Source: a virus. Taken from it: a stretch of DNA of 64,000 nucleotides. This document shows, one piece after another, positions 1 through 9,459 of this stretch (positions within the stretch are counted from its first letter, which is position 1; each line of letters starts with the position of its first letter). The notes below the pieces were generated by a model. The model saw only the letters and a list, made by a program, of their open reading frames with translations, had not been told where the DNA came from and ran no database searches. Location: IMG/VR virus record IMGVR_UViG_3300042892_004373, positions 1 to 64,000 of that record; one strand, 5' to 3'. The translations under genes were made by a program, and so were the position numbers.

Positions 1-2
1 AT

Positions 3-239
3 GTTGTTGGTTTAACTGCCGATGTTGCTGGTTTAACTGCATCTGTTATGGTTTTAGAAGATGATGTTGTTGGTTTAACTGCCGATGTTGCTGGTTTAAC
101 TGCATCTGTTATTGATTTACAAAACGCATTTAGTAATATAGACGGAAGTTTTAACTTCTTATTATTAGTTGGTGGAGTTACACAATCTGGAACATTTAGT
201 TTTAATAATGGTATTTTAGCTACTTATAGTTTAGTATAA
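3..239 (+). CDS. 3' end of a repeat-containing (probably structural/fibre) protein, truncated by the window edge
   Basis: Frame is open from the window start; DVVGLTADVAGLTASV repeats with a 63-bp period (1-47 vs 64-110). Confidence 0.55.
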   Translation, partial: VVGLTADVAGLTASVMVLEDDVVGLTADVAGLTASVIDLQNAFSNIDGSFNFLLLVGGVTQSGTFSFNNGILATYSLV

Positions 240-259
240 TTTTAAAAAAATTAAAAAAT

Positions 260-290
260 AAAAAAGAGACTTATTTAAGTCTCTTTTTTT
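260..290. terminator. Bidirectional intrinsic terminator
   Basis: AAAAAAGAGACTTA-TT-TAAGTCTCTTTTTTT hairpin between convergent genes. Confidence 0.75.
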
Positions 291-695
291 TTATTTGTAA
301 CCAAAGTCAGCTTCATTCTCACCCCATTTACCGGTTTCCCATTTGTGAACTAGTTTAAAATAACCAGGTAGTTTAGAAAGATGATTCTCTGCTCTATTCA
401 TTAGGTCTATTGAACGTTCAGTTCTAACATTAGAAACTAATGTTGATTTTGACTTCTTATTTCTAACCCAAGCAATTGCTGTTTGACTATCTGAATAAAC
501 ATGTGTATATCCATTTTTAATTGCATAATCAATAGCATGAACTAATCCTATAAACTCGGCGATGTTATTAGTTGAATCTCCAATATTTACATTGAAGAGT
601 TCCTTACCTGTTGCTAAATCTACTGCTTTGTATCCAGCTGGTCCTGGATTACCGCGAGAACTACCATCTACACATATTCCTGATGTTGGTTTCAT
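291..695 (-). CDS. rnhA: Ribonuclease HI
   Basis: VDGSSRGNPG, TNNIAEF, YSDS and KWETGKWGENEADFG motifs of RNase HI. Confidence 0.9.
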   Translation of the reverse strand: MKPTSGICVDGSSRGNPGPAGYKAVDLATGKELFNVNIGDSTNNIAEFIGLVHAIDYAIKNGYTHVYSDSQTAIAWVRNKKSKSTLVSNVRTERSIDLMNRAENHLSKLPGYFKLVHKWETGKWGENEADFGYK

Positions 696-696
696 A

Positions 697-1059
697 TTAG
701 TTTTCTTCGTTTTTTAAGATTTCGTTAAGTTTCTTGTCTCTTATATATTCTAAAGTTGCTTCTTTAAATCTTGTCTCGGTAAATTCATATGGTTCAGCAT
801 GTGAAACTGAATCCCAATCTGGAGAATCCCAAGAAGAGTATGAACCTTCTAAAAGAACATACATATTACACTCAATAAAGTGTAACGCGATTGTCCATTC
901 ATTACCGTCACCATAGTGTTGGTCGTAAACTGTTGGTACTTGTTTGTGTAGTCCAGCATGGTATTTACCTTCTACTTCACCATTATAGATTTCATAAAAA
1001 AAGTTTGTATCGTTTGCATTAACCTTTTCAATAATTTGTTCTCTTGTAAAAATTCCCAT
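697..1059 (-). CDS. Hypothetical phage protein with C-terminal IRDKKLNEIL tag
   Basis: Tightly packed ORF in an operon. Confidence 0.7.
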   Translation of the reverse strand: MGIFTREQIIEKVNANDTNFFYEIYNGEVEGKYHAGLHKQVPTVYDQHYGDGNEWTIALHFIECNMYVLLEGSYSSWDSPDWDSVSHAEPYEFTETRFKEATLEYIRDKKLNEILKNEEN

Positions 1060-1063
1060 TGTT

Positions 1064-1777
1064 TTAATTTTTTATTGTTTTATATTGTTTGTAAAATTTT
1101 GAATTTGTTGCATTCCAGTAATAATTATTCCAATTTTCAATAATAAAGTCTGCTAACCAAACTGGATGTAATCTTGTTACTAAATTTTGTTGTGCCATAT
1201 TATAAGCAGCCTTTACTGGTAAAGATCCTAATCTTTCCATTGCAATTACAAATGCTTCTTCGTAAAGAACTTCTTTTCTTTCATCTTCTGTTAAATCATA
1301 GAACTTTTCTGGACTTGGATTTAGATCATTTACAATCATTTTCAGATAAGTTGGTGTTGGATTTAACATCTTATGTAAATCATCATGATTTACTTTTCGT
1401 TTAACTCTATCATCAAAAAACTTACCTGGTTTAACCTCAAAGTCGGTTCTATTTTGTACTCCGTGAACATTTACCCAGTGTTCTCTTAACTGAGTAAGAA
1501 AAGATGGTATTACTTTACAACCTTTCATTTGTAGAAATCTAATATCAGACATAGTTTTCTTCCAATTGATGTCATAAATTGCATGACTTACTTTTAAAGT
1601 ATAAATCTCATCTGCGGTCATTTCTCTATCAGGTGTATTCGGAATAAAGTAATACTCTTCTTTACCTACAATAGACTTTTTTAACTTAGTTATATCATTG
1701 GTAACCCAATCAATATCTTTAGGTTCTCTAAAGTCACTAAATAATTTTTTGATAAGGTGTGATCCAAATAAATACAT
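1064..1777 (-). CDS. Conserved phage protein, possibly nucleotidyltransferase-like
   Basis: N-terminal FGS...PKDIDW resembles the GS/DxD signature. Confidence 0.5.
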   Translation of the reverse strand: MYLFGSHLIKKLFSDFREPKDIDWVTNDITKLKKSIVGKEEYYFIPNTPDREMTADEIYTLKVSHAIYDINWKKTMSDIRFLQMKGCKVIPSFLTQLREHWVNVHGVQNRTDFEVKPGKFFDDRVKRKVNHDDLHKMLNPTPTYLKMIVNDLNPSPEKFYDLTEDERKEVLYEEAFVIAMERLGSLPVKAAYNMAQQNLVTRLHPVWLADFIIENWNNYYWNATNSKFYKQYKTIKN

Positions 1778-2142
1778 TATATTATGTTTGTTGTTATTCC
1801 AGATGTTGGAATATAATTAGTTCTAATTTGTTCTAAAGTCATAAAATAAAGTTCTTCATAAACTTCTTTTACGTTTCCACGATTGATTTCTTTTATTAAA
1901 GATAAGAATTCGGTGTAAGGAAGTAAGAATTTTTTATGACGGGGAATATCAAACGTATCTAAGATAGTAATAATCATTTCATATTTCATCTTCATATCAG
2001 CAGTTTGTAATAGGTATGAGATTCTATCATCAGAAGAATTTTCTAAAACTTGTTTAGTATCTTCAAACGTCTCACCTCTTTTCCAATCTCTGTGTAGATT
2101 GATAATTTGATCTAATTCTTTCTGTCTATTTACGTTTAACAT
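1777..2142 (-). CDS. Hypothetical protein
   Basis: 121-aa ORF overlapping the next start codon. Confidence 0.65.
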   Translation of the reverse strand: MLNVNRQKELDQIINLHRDWKRGETFEDTKQVLENSSDDRISYLLQTADMKMKYEMIITILDTFDIPRHKKFLLPYTEFLSLIKEINRGNVKEVYEELYFMTLEQIRTNYIPTSGITTNII

Positions 2143-2146
2143 ATAT

Positions 2147-2431
2147 TTATATTTTACCTAAAATTGCTTGTTTCATTTCTCTAACTTCATCTTTAGTAAA
2201 TCCATTAGTTGTGATATTTCCTTCACCAGTTGTTTCAATAGTAATTGTTGAAAATCCAATCATAGGACAATCAATATTTACAGATGAAATCTTTGAAAAA
2301 GGAATTGTTTTTTCTTTGGCACTAAATAGTCCAGGTTGTGTAATTGTTACTGCAGATTCACTAATCGTTAGTTTGTGTGGAAAAACTTTACTTACTCCTG
2401 AGGCAAGTTTTGATGCTTGATATACTTTCAT
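2147..2431 (-). CDS. Bacterial PH-domain protein
   Basis: TIPFSKISSV...G.STITIET.G pattern. Confidence 0.7.
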   Translation of the reverse strand: MKVYQASKLASGVSKVFPHKLTISESAVTITQPGLFSAKEKTIPFSKISSVNIDCPMIGFSTITIETTGEGNITTNGFTKDEVREMKQAILGKI

Positions 2432-2459
2432 ATTATATTTATTTTTTACAAAGATACTA

Positions 2460-3917
2460 TTATTTTTTTAAATTCAAAACTTCTGAGGTACTTTTTCTTA
2501 CCTCATTACACAAATATTCATTATCATTTAAAGATTTTCCGTAAGAAGGAATTATTTCTTTTAACTTTTCTATCCAATCTTCATTTTTAAAACATTTCTC
2601 AATTAAGTCTAACATAATTGAAGTTGCGGTTGATGCACCTGGAGAAGCTCCTAATAAACCAGCTATTGTTCCATCTGCAGATGTAATGACTTCTGTACCA
2701 AATTCTAATACACCGTGTCCCTCTACATCCTTTTTAATTACTTGAACTCTTTGACCAGCGGTTTCTAAAACCCAATCTTTTGATTTTGCGGTTGGTACAT
2801 ATTCTCTTAGTGCATTCATTCTATCGTCTCCAGATTGACGAACTTGGTCAATTAGATACTTTGTTAGTGGAATGTTTTTTAAGCCAGCACCGATCATTGG
2901 AATGATGTTATTTAATCTAATTGATGTAAATAAGTCCCAATAAGAACCATTTTTAAGAAACTTTGTTGAGAATCCAGCATAAGGTCCAAATAATAACTCT
3001 TTTTTACCATTTATAATACGACTATCTATATGAGGAACAGACATTGGTGGTGCACCAACTCCTGCTTTACCATATACTTTAACGTGATGTTGTTCAATAA
3101 CTTCTCTATTAGTACAACGTAGCCATTGACCACTAACTGGAAATCCACCATAACCTTCAATTTCTGGAATACCAGATTTTTCTAATAGTGGAAGTGAACC
3201 ACCACCGGCACCAATAAATACAAAGTCGGTTGTTATTTTTCTTTTTTCGTTAGTAGATAAGTCTTTAACTTTAATGACCCATTTACCTTCTTTATTTTTT
3301 AACTTTTTTACTTCATGATTAAAGTGTAATTCAACACCATCTTGTGATTTAAGATAATCAAACATACTTCTTGTTAAGTTACCAAAGTTTACGTCAGTTC
3401 CCATTTCCATAAAAGTTGCGGCAACTTTTTGAGTTTCTTTACGACCATTCATAATAAGTGGTGCCCAAGATTTGATTGTATCAAAATCTTCGGTGTATTT
3501 CATATCTTTAAATAAAGTATTTGATTTTAAAGTGTTGTATCTTGTTTTTAGATAATTTACATTATCTTGATCCCATACAAAACTCATGTGTGGACTCTGT
3601 CTAATAAAGTATTCTGGTTTTATAATTAAGTTATTCTTAACTAAGAAAGACCAAAATTGTTTTGATACTTCAAATTGTTCAGCAATTTGAATTGCTTTAT
3701 TTGGATTTATTGAACCATCTGTTTTTTGTGGAGTATAGTTTAATTCACAAAATGCAGAGTGACCAGTACCAGCATTATTCCAAGCATCAGAGCTTTCTGC
3801 GGCGGCAGAGTCTAATCTTTCAAAGATTTGTATATTTAATTCTGGATCTAATTGTTTAAGGATTGTTCCTAAGGTGGCACTCATAATTCCGGCACCGATA
3901 AGAGTTATATTTGTCAT
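2460..3917 (-). CDS. mqo: Malate:quinone oxidoreductase
   Basis: IGAGIMSATL, AWNNAGTGHSAFCELNYTP, GAPPMSVPHID, LLGASPGAS. Confidence 0.96.
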   Translation of the reverse strand: MTNITLIGAGIMSATLGTILKQLDPELNIQIFERLDSAAAESSDAWNNAGTGHSAFCELNYTPQKTDGSINPNKAIQIAEQFEVSKQFWSFLVKNNLIIKPEYFIRQSPHMSFVWDQDNVNYLKTRYNTLKSNTLFKDMKYTEDFDTIKSWAPLIMNGRKETQKVAATFMEMGTDVNFGNLTRSMFDYLKSQDGVELHFNHEVKKLKNKEGKWVIKVKDLSTNEKRKITTDFVFIGAGGGSLPLLEKSGIPEIEGYGGFPVSGQWLRCTNREVIEQHHVKVYGKAGVGAPPMSVPHIDSRIINGKKELLFGPYAGFSTKFLKNGSYWDLFTSIRLNNIIPMIGAGLKNIPLTKYLIDQVRQSGDDRMNALREYVPTAKSKDWVLETAGQRVQVIKKDVEGHGVLEFGTEVITSADGTIAGLLGASPGASTATSIMLDLIEKCFKNEDWIEKLKEIIPSYGKSLNDNEYLCNEVRKSTSEVLNLKK

Positions 3918-4011
3918 ACCTATTATATCAAATTATAGTACAAAGTTACGAAAATAATCGGAAATACAGACTTAATTAACTTATAAAATAAAATAATTTT
4001 ATATATAAGTT

Positions 4012-5172
4012 ATGAGATGGATAAAATTATTTGAACGTTTTAATAGTTTAGAAAATATTGTATTGATTGGTGGTGGAATTTCATCACTATATACTGCTTA
4101 TTTAATTAAGAAAAAATTTCCTGGAGTAAAATATACAATAATTGAAAAGGATTCAAAATGTGGTGGTAGAGTAAATATGTCTAAGATAGATGATGTATAT
4201 ATTCCAACTGGTGCACAATTTACCAGAGTTGATAAAGATCTTATTTTAAAAAAACTATTAAAAGATCTTAATATCAAATTAGATACCTATACATTGGATA
4301 TGGATTATACATTTAAAAAGAATGATATTGATGAGATGATTAAAAAACTTAATAGAAATATTAATAAATTTGATAGAAGTAAAATTACATTTAAACAATT
4401 TGCAAGTGAAGTTTTGAATCAAGATTATAATAAGTTTATTGATATGATGGGTTATAGTGACTTTGAGAATGCTGATATTGAGGATACTATGTATAATTAT
4501 GGTTTAAATGATAATATACCTGGTTATAAAGTTGCAAATGTTCCTTGGAACATAGTTATAGAGAGATTAATTGAAGAAATAGGTAGTGATAATATAATTC
4601 TTAACACTGAGGTTAATTCAATTAAAAAAGAAGGTCAATCTTTCTTGATTAATTCAAAAATTAAATGTGATGGTATTATCATAGGTGTTACTATAAATCA
4701 ATTAAGAAAGTTATTAGATAATCCAATATATAAACAAATAGAATCTCAAAATTTCTTAAAAACATTTGCAAAGTCAAATGATCTAAATATAGATAAATAT
4801 ACTATAGTTGACTCACCTTTGAGAAAAATTGTACCAATAAAGGATAATATTTTTACAATTACATTTGCTGATAATAAAGACGCTAGAGATTTAAAAGATA
4901 AAGATAAAGATTACTTCGAAAATATACTATCTAAACAATTTAATGAAGATATAAAATTAAGTAGTCTTAAAAAGTTTTTTTGGGAAGAAGGAACACATTA
5001 CTTTAAACCACTTTTAAGTAAATGGAAGTCAAGATCCGAATTCATTAATGACGCACAACATCCTAAGGATAATATTTGGGTAATAGGTGAAGTAGTTGCG
5101 GAGAAACAAGGTTGGGTTGAAGGAGCATTATCATCCGTTGAAAAGATAAGTTTATTTAAAAAACTAAACTAA
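4012..5172 (+). CDS. FAD-dependent amine oxidase-family oxidoreductase with N-terminal MRWIKLFE tag
   Basis: GGGISSL dinucleotide-binding motif, GGRV, C-terminal GE...QGWVEGAL. Confidence 0.8.
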   Translation: MRWIKLFERFNSLENIVLIGGGISSLYTAYLIKKKFPGVKYTIIEKDSKCGGRVNMSKIDDVYIPTGAQFTRVDKDLILKKLLKDLNIKLDTYTLDMDYTFKKNDIDEMIKKLNRNINKFDRSKITFKQFASEVLNQDYNKFIDMMGYSDFENADIEDTMYNYGLNDNIPGYKVANVPWNIVIERLIEEIGSDNIILNTEVNSIKKEGQSFLINSKIKCDGIIIGVTINQLRKLLDNPIYKQIESQNFLKTFAKSNDLNIDKYTIVDSPLRKIVPIKDNIFTITFADNKDARDLKDKDKDYFENILSKQFNEDIKLSSLKKFFWEEGTHYFKPLLSKWKSRSEFINDAQHPKDNIWVIGEVVAEKQGWVEGALSSVEKISLFKKLN

Positions 5173-5218
5173 TTTTTATAGTTTTAAAACCAAAGATATA
5201 TTCTACAATATATAGTTT

Positions 5219-5449
5219 ATGAAAGATAAATTAGTTAAAATTTTTAGAAAACTAACATTCGTTTTTATTGGTTTATCAATAATTGAAGTTTTGTTGGGTT
5301 TATATACTGAGAAATATATGGAAGATTATTCTGGAAGTTTCTTCTCTGATGAATTGCCGTATATCTTTCTAGTAACTGTTTTACTTTCATTTTTTTCTAA
5401 CTTGACAATTGTTATTGTCGAATACTTTACAAGAGATGAAAATATTTAG
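5219..5449 (+). CDS. Small two-helix membrane protein
   Basis: Two hydrophobic segments. Confidence 0.6.
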   Translation: MKDKLVKIFRKLTFVFIGLSIIEVLLGLYTEKYMEDYSGSFFSDELPYIFLVTVLLSFFSNLTIVIVEYFTRDENI

Positions 5450-5702
5450 TAAATTAAGAAAATTATTTTTTGGAGAAACATATCAAGAAATACTTGATCG
5501 AAAATACGGTGGTTCAATTCCTACTAATATGTTTGTAAATGATAGAGAGTTAAGTAAGGCGGGAGAAAAAAGAACTTATAAGATTACAATTACTAATACA
5601 CCTACTAGTACCGGTGCATCTTTATATAATGCTTTTTATCCACATTCTTTAAACAAACATATTTTTAGAAAAAGAAAAATTTATAAATTATTTTCAATTT
5701 AA
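5436..5702 (+). CDS. Hypothetical protein (C-terminal RKRKIYKLF)
   Basis: ORF; start moved to ATG 5436. Confidence 0.55.
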   Translation: MKIFSKLRKLFFGETYQEILDRKYGGSIPTNMFVNDRELSKAGEKRTYKITITNTPTSTGASLYNAFYPHSLNKHIFRKRKIYKLFSI

Positions 5703-5730
5703 TTTTATATCTTTGTTAAAATATTTACAA

Positions 5731-6219
5731 ATGACACAAAAACAAATTTTCTTAAAAAATATAGTAGATTCAACAACGAGTATTGATTTAGATCAATCTG
5801 TTAGTGTAGAAACACTTGATGCATTTCATTTTAATAATAGAGCAATAAATGAAAGATCCACTAAGTTTGAATATATCTTAAAGAATTCGGATACAAAGTA
5901 TTATTTTATGATTACTTTTTATATAGTAAATAAAACTAATTTTTTTGGAAGTGATAAAAGTCAATTTTATTTAAAAGTTGAAACCAGAGTAAGTACACAG
6001 TACTCATCTTCTAACTTTTTAGGTACAGACTTCATTACTAATGAAACAGGTGATGTTGACCTATTAAAAAGAATGTTTAACTTTTTAAATTTGCGAATTG
6101 AAGAGAAACGATTTAAAAAAGAGGAAGATTTATACTTAGCTAAAAATAAGGAATTAGTTAAATTTATAGATAAAAGTTTAACTCGTGATGAGAAGTTAAA
6201 AGATTTGCTACAAAAATAA
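5731..6219 (+). CDS. Hypothetical protein with C-terminal RDEKLKDLL tag
   Basis: ATG 5731 lies downstream of the TATCTTTG box at 5708-5715. Confidence 0.7.
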   Translation: MTQKQIFLKNIVDSTTSIDLDQSVSVETLDAFHFNNRAINERSTKFEYILKNSDTKYYFMITFYIVNKTNFFGSDKSQFYLKVETRVSTQYSSSNFLGTDFITNETGDVDLLKRMFNFLNLRIEEKRFKKEEDLYLAKNKELVKFIDKSLTRDEKLKDLLQK

Positions 6220-6244
6220 AAGAGATAAAAATAATATATACTTA

Positions 6245-6847
6245 ATGAGGTATTTATTTTTATTTGAAGATTTTAATCCAGGTGATGATATGACATCACA
6301 CCTAAGAGATAGAGGTATTGATCCTTCTAAAACTAGATATATTCTAGATGAAGAGTCGGGTGATACTTTTTTCTTTTTATATAATTTATCAGGACAAATG
6401 GTAGGTTATCAAAAGTATAACCCAAATTATGCTAAGAAAGGACAGAATAGTAAGACACTTGGAGATCCAAGAAAAACTAAATACTACAATTGGGTTGGTG
6501 AAGAACCAGAAGGAAAGAAAATTGCTGTATGGGGATTAGAATCATTAAAGATGTCTGATAAATACTTATTTATTACAGAAGGAATTTTTGATATAGCCAG
6601 AGCTCACGAAGTAGGTTATCCCGGAGTAGCTGTTCTTTGTAATGATCCAAATCCACAATTAGGTTATTGGCTTAAAACTTTACCACAAACTAAGATTGTT
6701 ATTTATGATAATGATAAAGCTGGTGAGAAACTAATCAAACTTGGTGATTATGCATTCTCAGTTGATAGCGGTAAAGACCTTAATGACTTAACACCAGAAG
6801 AAGCTAAATTATTTTTAGATGGGATAATACAAGCAATAGAAAACTAA
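6245..6847 (+). CDS. TOPRIM-domain (primase-like) protein
   Basis: FITEGIFD, YDNDKAG, KDLND. Confidence 0.8.
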   Translation: MRYLFLFEDFNPGDDMTSHLRDRGIDPSKTRYILDEESGDTFFFLYNLSGQMVGYQKYNPNYAKKGQNSKTLGDPRKTKYYNWVGEEPEGKKIAVWGLESLKMSDKYLFITEGIFDIARAHEVGYPGVAVLCNDPNPQLGYWLKTLPQTKIVIYDNDKAGEKLIKLGDYAFSVDSGKDLNDLTPEEAKLFLDGIIQAIEN

Positions 6848-6870
6848 TTTTATAACTTTTATATAATAGT

Positions 6871-7266
6871 ATGGAGAAGAAACCCGATGCTGTTGTTTGG
6901 ACTAAAGAAAATGGTTATGATGCTAAATTTAGATCATATCCGACCTCTGTTAGTGCACCATCTTTTGATTTACCTGATATACCAAAGATAAAAAATCTTG
7001 CTGCCAAAAAGATGTATGATGTTTTTGATAGAGAACGATTAGAGCTTTTAGAAAAAGCAGAAAAGTTATATGGTGAATATAATATGTCTATAATGGTATG
7101 GGAGTCTAAGATTTCTTTTGAACCAATTATAGGTGGTGAGTATCACTTATATGATTTTGATGGTGTGAAGACTTTATCACTAATTGCACCAAATGAGTGG
7201 AATAAAGGTAAATATTTTATAGGTAGTTTTGTTTTGAACCATGATAATAAATGGATTAAGAAATAA
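6871..7266 (+). CDS. DUF2452-like protein
   Basis: YPTSVSAP, SFEPIIG..YHLY, LSLIAPNEW. Confidence 0.65.
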   Translation: MEKKPDAVVWTKENGYDAKFRSYPTSVSAPSFDLPDIPKIKNLAAKKMYDVFDRERLELLEKAEKLYGEYNMSIMVWESKISFEPIIGGEYHLYDFDGVKTLSLIAPNEWNKGKYFIGSFVLNHDNKWIKK

Positions 7267-7297
7267 CTTTTTTATTTTTTTTAATATAAAAATTACT

Positions 7298-7753
7298 ATG
7301 AGAATAATTATCGCACTAATACTTCTATTATTTCTAGGATGTTCTTCTGATTCAGAGGTTATTCCACCTATTATGCCATATACTTATTCTACTAATGAGA
7401 TTGGTCTTATTGATTTAATAAATAATTATAGAAATAATCAGGGTTTATCTACATTAGAAACGAATCAACATATTGGATATTTATGTTTTACACATAATCA
7501 ATATATGATTGATACTGGAGTTTTAGGACATCAAAATTTTGAATCAAGGATAAATAATTTAAAACTAACTATGGATGCTACTTATATTTCTGAATTAGTT
7601 GCAAAGAATTATTCTACTAATCAATCGGTTTTAAACGCATTTTTAAATGATGTTTCTTGTAAAAAAATACTTGATAACGATAGGAATAAAATTGGAATCT
7701 CAATTACAGAATCATTGGGTAAGAAATACTATACACTTATACTTATAAAGTAA
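7298..7753 (+). CDS. CAP/SCP-domain lipoprotein
   Basis: Lipobox FLGC; LINNYR...GL, HNQYM, H.NF..R. Confidence 0.75.
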   Translation: MRIIIALILLLFLGCSSDSEVIPPIMPYTYSTNEIGLIDLINNYRNNQGLSTLETNQHIGYLCFTHNQYMIDTGVLGHQNFESRINNLKLTMDATYISELVAKNYSTNQSVLNAFLNDVSCKKILDNDRNKIGISITESLGKKYYTLILIK

Positions 7754-7777
7754 AATCCACTCAATGAGTGGATTTTT

Positions 7778-8155
7778 TTATAATATATTACTTTCTATTA
7801 AGAGTTTTTCCATTTTAACCCAGTCTATGTAAGGATTTGTTGAATAACTCCAGTTGTGTATCAAAGGACAACCAATTGCAGTATCATCTATAATTAGATC
7901 TGCGTGTGATTTAGGAGAGTTAGTCCAAGATCTCTGAGTTGGATTACTATTTATTCCATAAAGTGGAATATCATTTTCTTTAAACCAAGTAACTGCTTCT
8001 AAAAGGTGTGAATTCTCACCTCTCATTGTAAATAAAATTAGTTGATGTCCCTTTTCAACCAATTTTTTTAATACAGGTACTGCACCTATGTCTTTACCAA
8101 CTAGTGGATAAGAATGTGTTACGACGGATCCGTCAAAATCTATATTTATAATCAT
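7778..8155 (-). CDS. HAD-superfamily hydrolase
   Basis: IDFDG, LILFTMR, IIDD. Confidence 0.8.
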   Translation of the reverse strand: MIINIDFDGSVVTHSYPLVGKDIGAVPVLKKLVEKGHQLILFTMRGENSHLLEAVTWFKENDIPLYGINSNPTQRSWTNSPKSHADLIIDDTAIGCPLIHNWSYSTNPYIDWVKMEKLLIESNIL

Positions 8156-8514
8156 AAGTAAAGTTTAATTAAATCTATTAAAACTAAGGATATTTTATAT
8201 CCAGCAAATGCACCAAGTGCGGATGGGATTGGGAATACAATAAGTTTTCCTAAGTCCGTTACATACTTTGGTCTATTTACAATTCTTCCCATGAAGAAGT
8301 AGTAAACTATATAACCAATTAAAACTGCTATATCTGTTCTGGTTGCGATGAAAACTACTAAGGTTGCGCCTATAAACCCAAATATAAAATTGTCTCTTAA
8401 ACCTTCCCAAATCTCTTTAGTAGTTGCGGATTTATACTCTTTGTATATTTTCCTGTGTAATTTATGTTTTTTTGGTTTTGGTGTTACCGTACCGAAATCT
8501 GTTTTTTCTTCCAT
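8152..8514 (-). CDS. Membrane protein
   Basis: Three hydrophobic segments. Confidence 0.65.
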   Translation of the reverse strand: MEEKTDFGTVTPKPKKHKLHRKIYKEYKSATTKEIWEGLRDNFIFGFIGATLVVFIATRTDIAVLIGYIVYYFFMGRIVNRPKYVTDLGKLIVFPIPSALGAFAGYKISLVLIDLIKLYL

Positions 8515-8677
8515 TTCTTATATATAAGCAAGTTGTGTCCTTTGACTAACATTCTTTTTGTGAATGTATTTTAGTAAAGGTGTTTTAAAGTGTATTCTTT
8601 CTTTTTCTGTTTTTACTTCAGTTATTTTACTTGAGGAACATGATGTTATCAAGAGTAATAAGATTATGTATTTCATA

Positions 8678-8959
8678 TTATTTAATATTTTCTAGTTTCT
8701 CGTCTCTATAGTAAGGTCTTAGGTCAACATTGAAGTTACCACTATAATCATAATCACCTGCACCATATTTATATTCTACACTAATTGTATTTTCATCAAT
8801 GATTACACACTTATCATAGTGATGCCAACCTTGGTCAAATTTTTTAGGATCTCTAGGAAATTTCTCATTATATCTTACTTTTGCAAAATCATCGAGTTTT
8901 TTTCGATCTTCTTTAACACTAATTAAATTTTTTACTGATTTTTGTAATTCTGATTTCAT
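8678..8959 (-). CDS. Hypothetical protein with C-terminal RDEKLENI tag
   Basis: ORF coupled to the upstream gene. Confidence 0.65.
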   Translation of the reverse strand: MKSELQKSVKNLISVKEDRKKLDDFAKVRYNEKFPRDPKKFDQGWHHYDKCVIIDENTISVEYKYGAGDYDYSGNFNVDLRPYYRDEKLENIK

Positions 8960-9195
8960 TATTCGTCTTTATATTTAGTTGTTAAATGATAATAATCACA
9001 TTGTTCACATCTATATGCTACTAAAGTTGTATCTTTTTTAGGATATGTTTTATTTAAGTATTCTGCATTTACTTGTGCCAGTGTAAGAGTTTCCCATCTT
9101 ACTTTTGGTGTTTTATTTGCGGATATACAGATTTCATTTTTTTCTTCCATATGTATTCTTGATTTCCTTGGGAAAACTAATTCATTTTTATTCAT
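8959..9195 (-). CDS. Small zinc-ribbon protein
   Basis: YRCEQCDYYHLT; TATCTTTG box at 9200-9207. Confidence 0.65.
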   Translation of the reverse strand: MNKNELVFPRKSRIHMEEKNEICISANKTPKVRWETLTLAQVNAEYLNKTYPKKDTTLVAYRCEQCDYYHLTTKYKDE

Positions 9196-9254
9196 GTAGC
9201 AAAGATAATAAAAAAATCCCAAAAGAACTAACTTTTGGGATTTTTCTTTCTAAA

Positions 9255-9337
9255 TGGTGGAGCTCAACCTTCCATTCGCGGGAAGGTCTATCCACCTCGG
9301 TTACGTTTCCACGAAGGAAAGAGGCTTGACCGGCACC
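9255..9337 (-). ncRNA. Unidentified GC-rich structured small RNA
   Basis: Hairpins UUUCC/GGAAA, GACCUUCC/GGAAGGUU and GGUGGA/UCCACC; ends CUCCACCA; followed by a terminator at 9210-9245. Confidence 0.5.
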
Positions 9338-9346
9338 TGAGATATG

Positions 9347-9416
9347 AGGCAGAAAAAGGAATCGAACCTCTGTGTAGGAACTTGCGGTTCCTCGCCTAAC
9401 ACTCAGCCATTCTGCC
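9347..9416 (-). tRNA. tRNA-Cys(GCA), atypical anticodon loop
   Basis: Acceptor GGCAGAA/UUCUGCC, U73, GUUCGAUUC T-loop, stem AGGAA/UUCCU, loop CCGCAAG. Confidence 0.8.
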
Positions 9417-9459
9417 ATATTGTTCTACAAAGATAGAACTTTTTTTATATAATAAAAAA

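Noticed and set aside
9255-9337. Twister, HDV/theta or hammerhead ribozyme (GCCGGUCAAGCC, GCGAAUGG, GAAAC)
   Set aside because: I could not build the required P1/pseudoknot pairings or find a CUGANGA core by eye; left as an unknown RNA
9188-9418. ORFs 9188-9418 (-) and 9105-9329 (+)
   Set aside because: They overlap tRNA-Cys, a structured RNA and a terminator, so they are spurious
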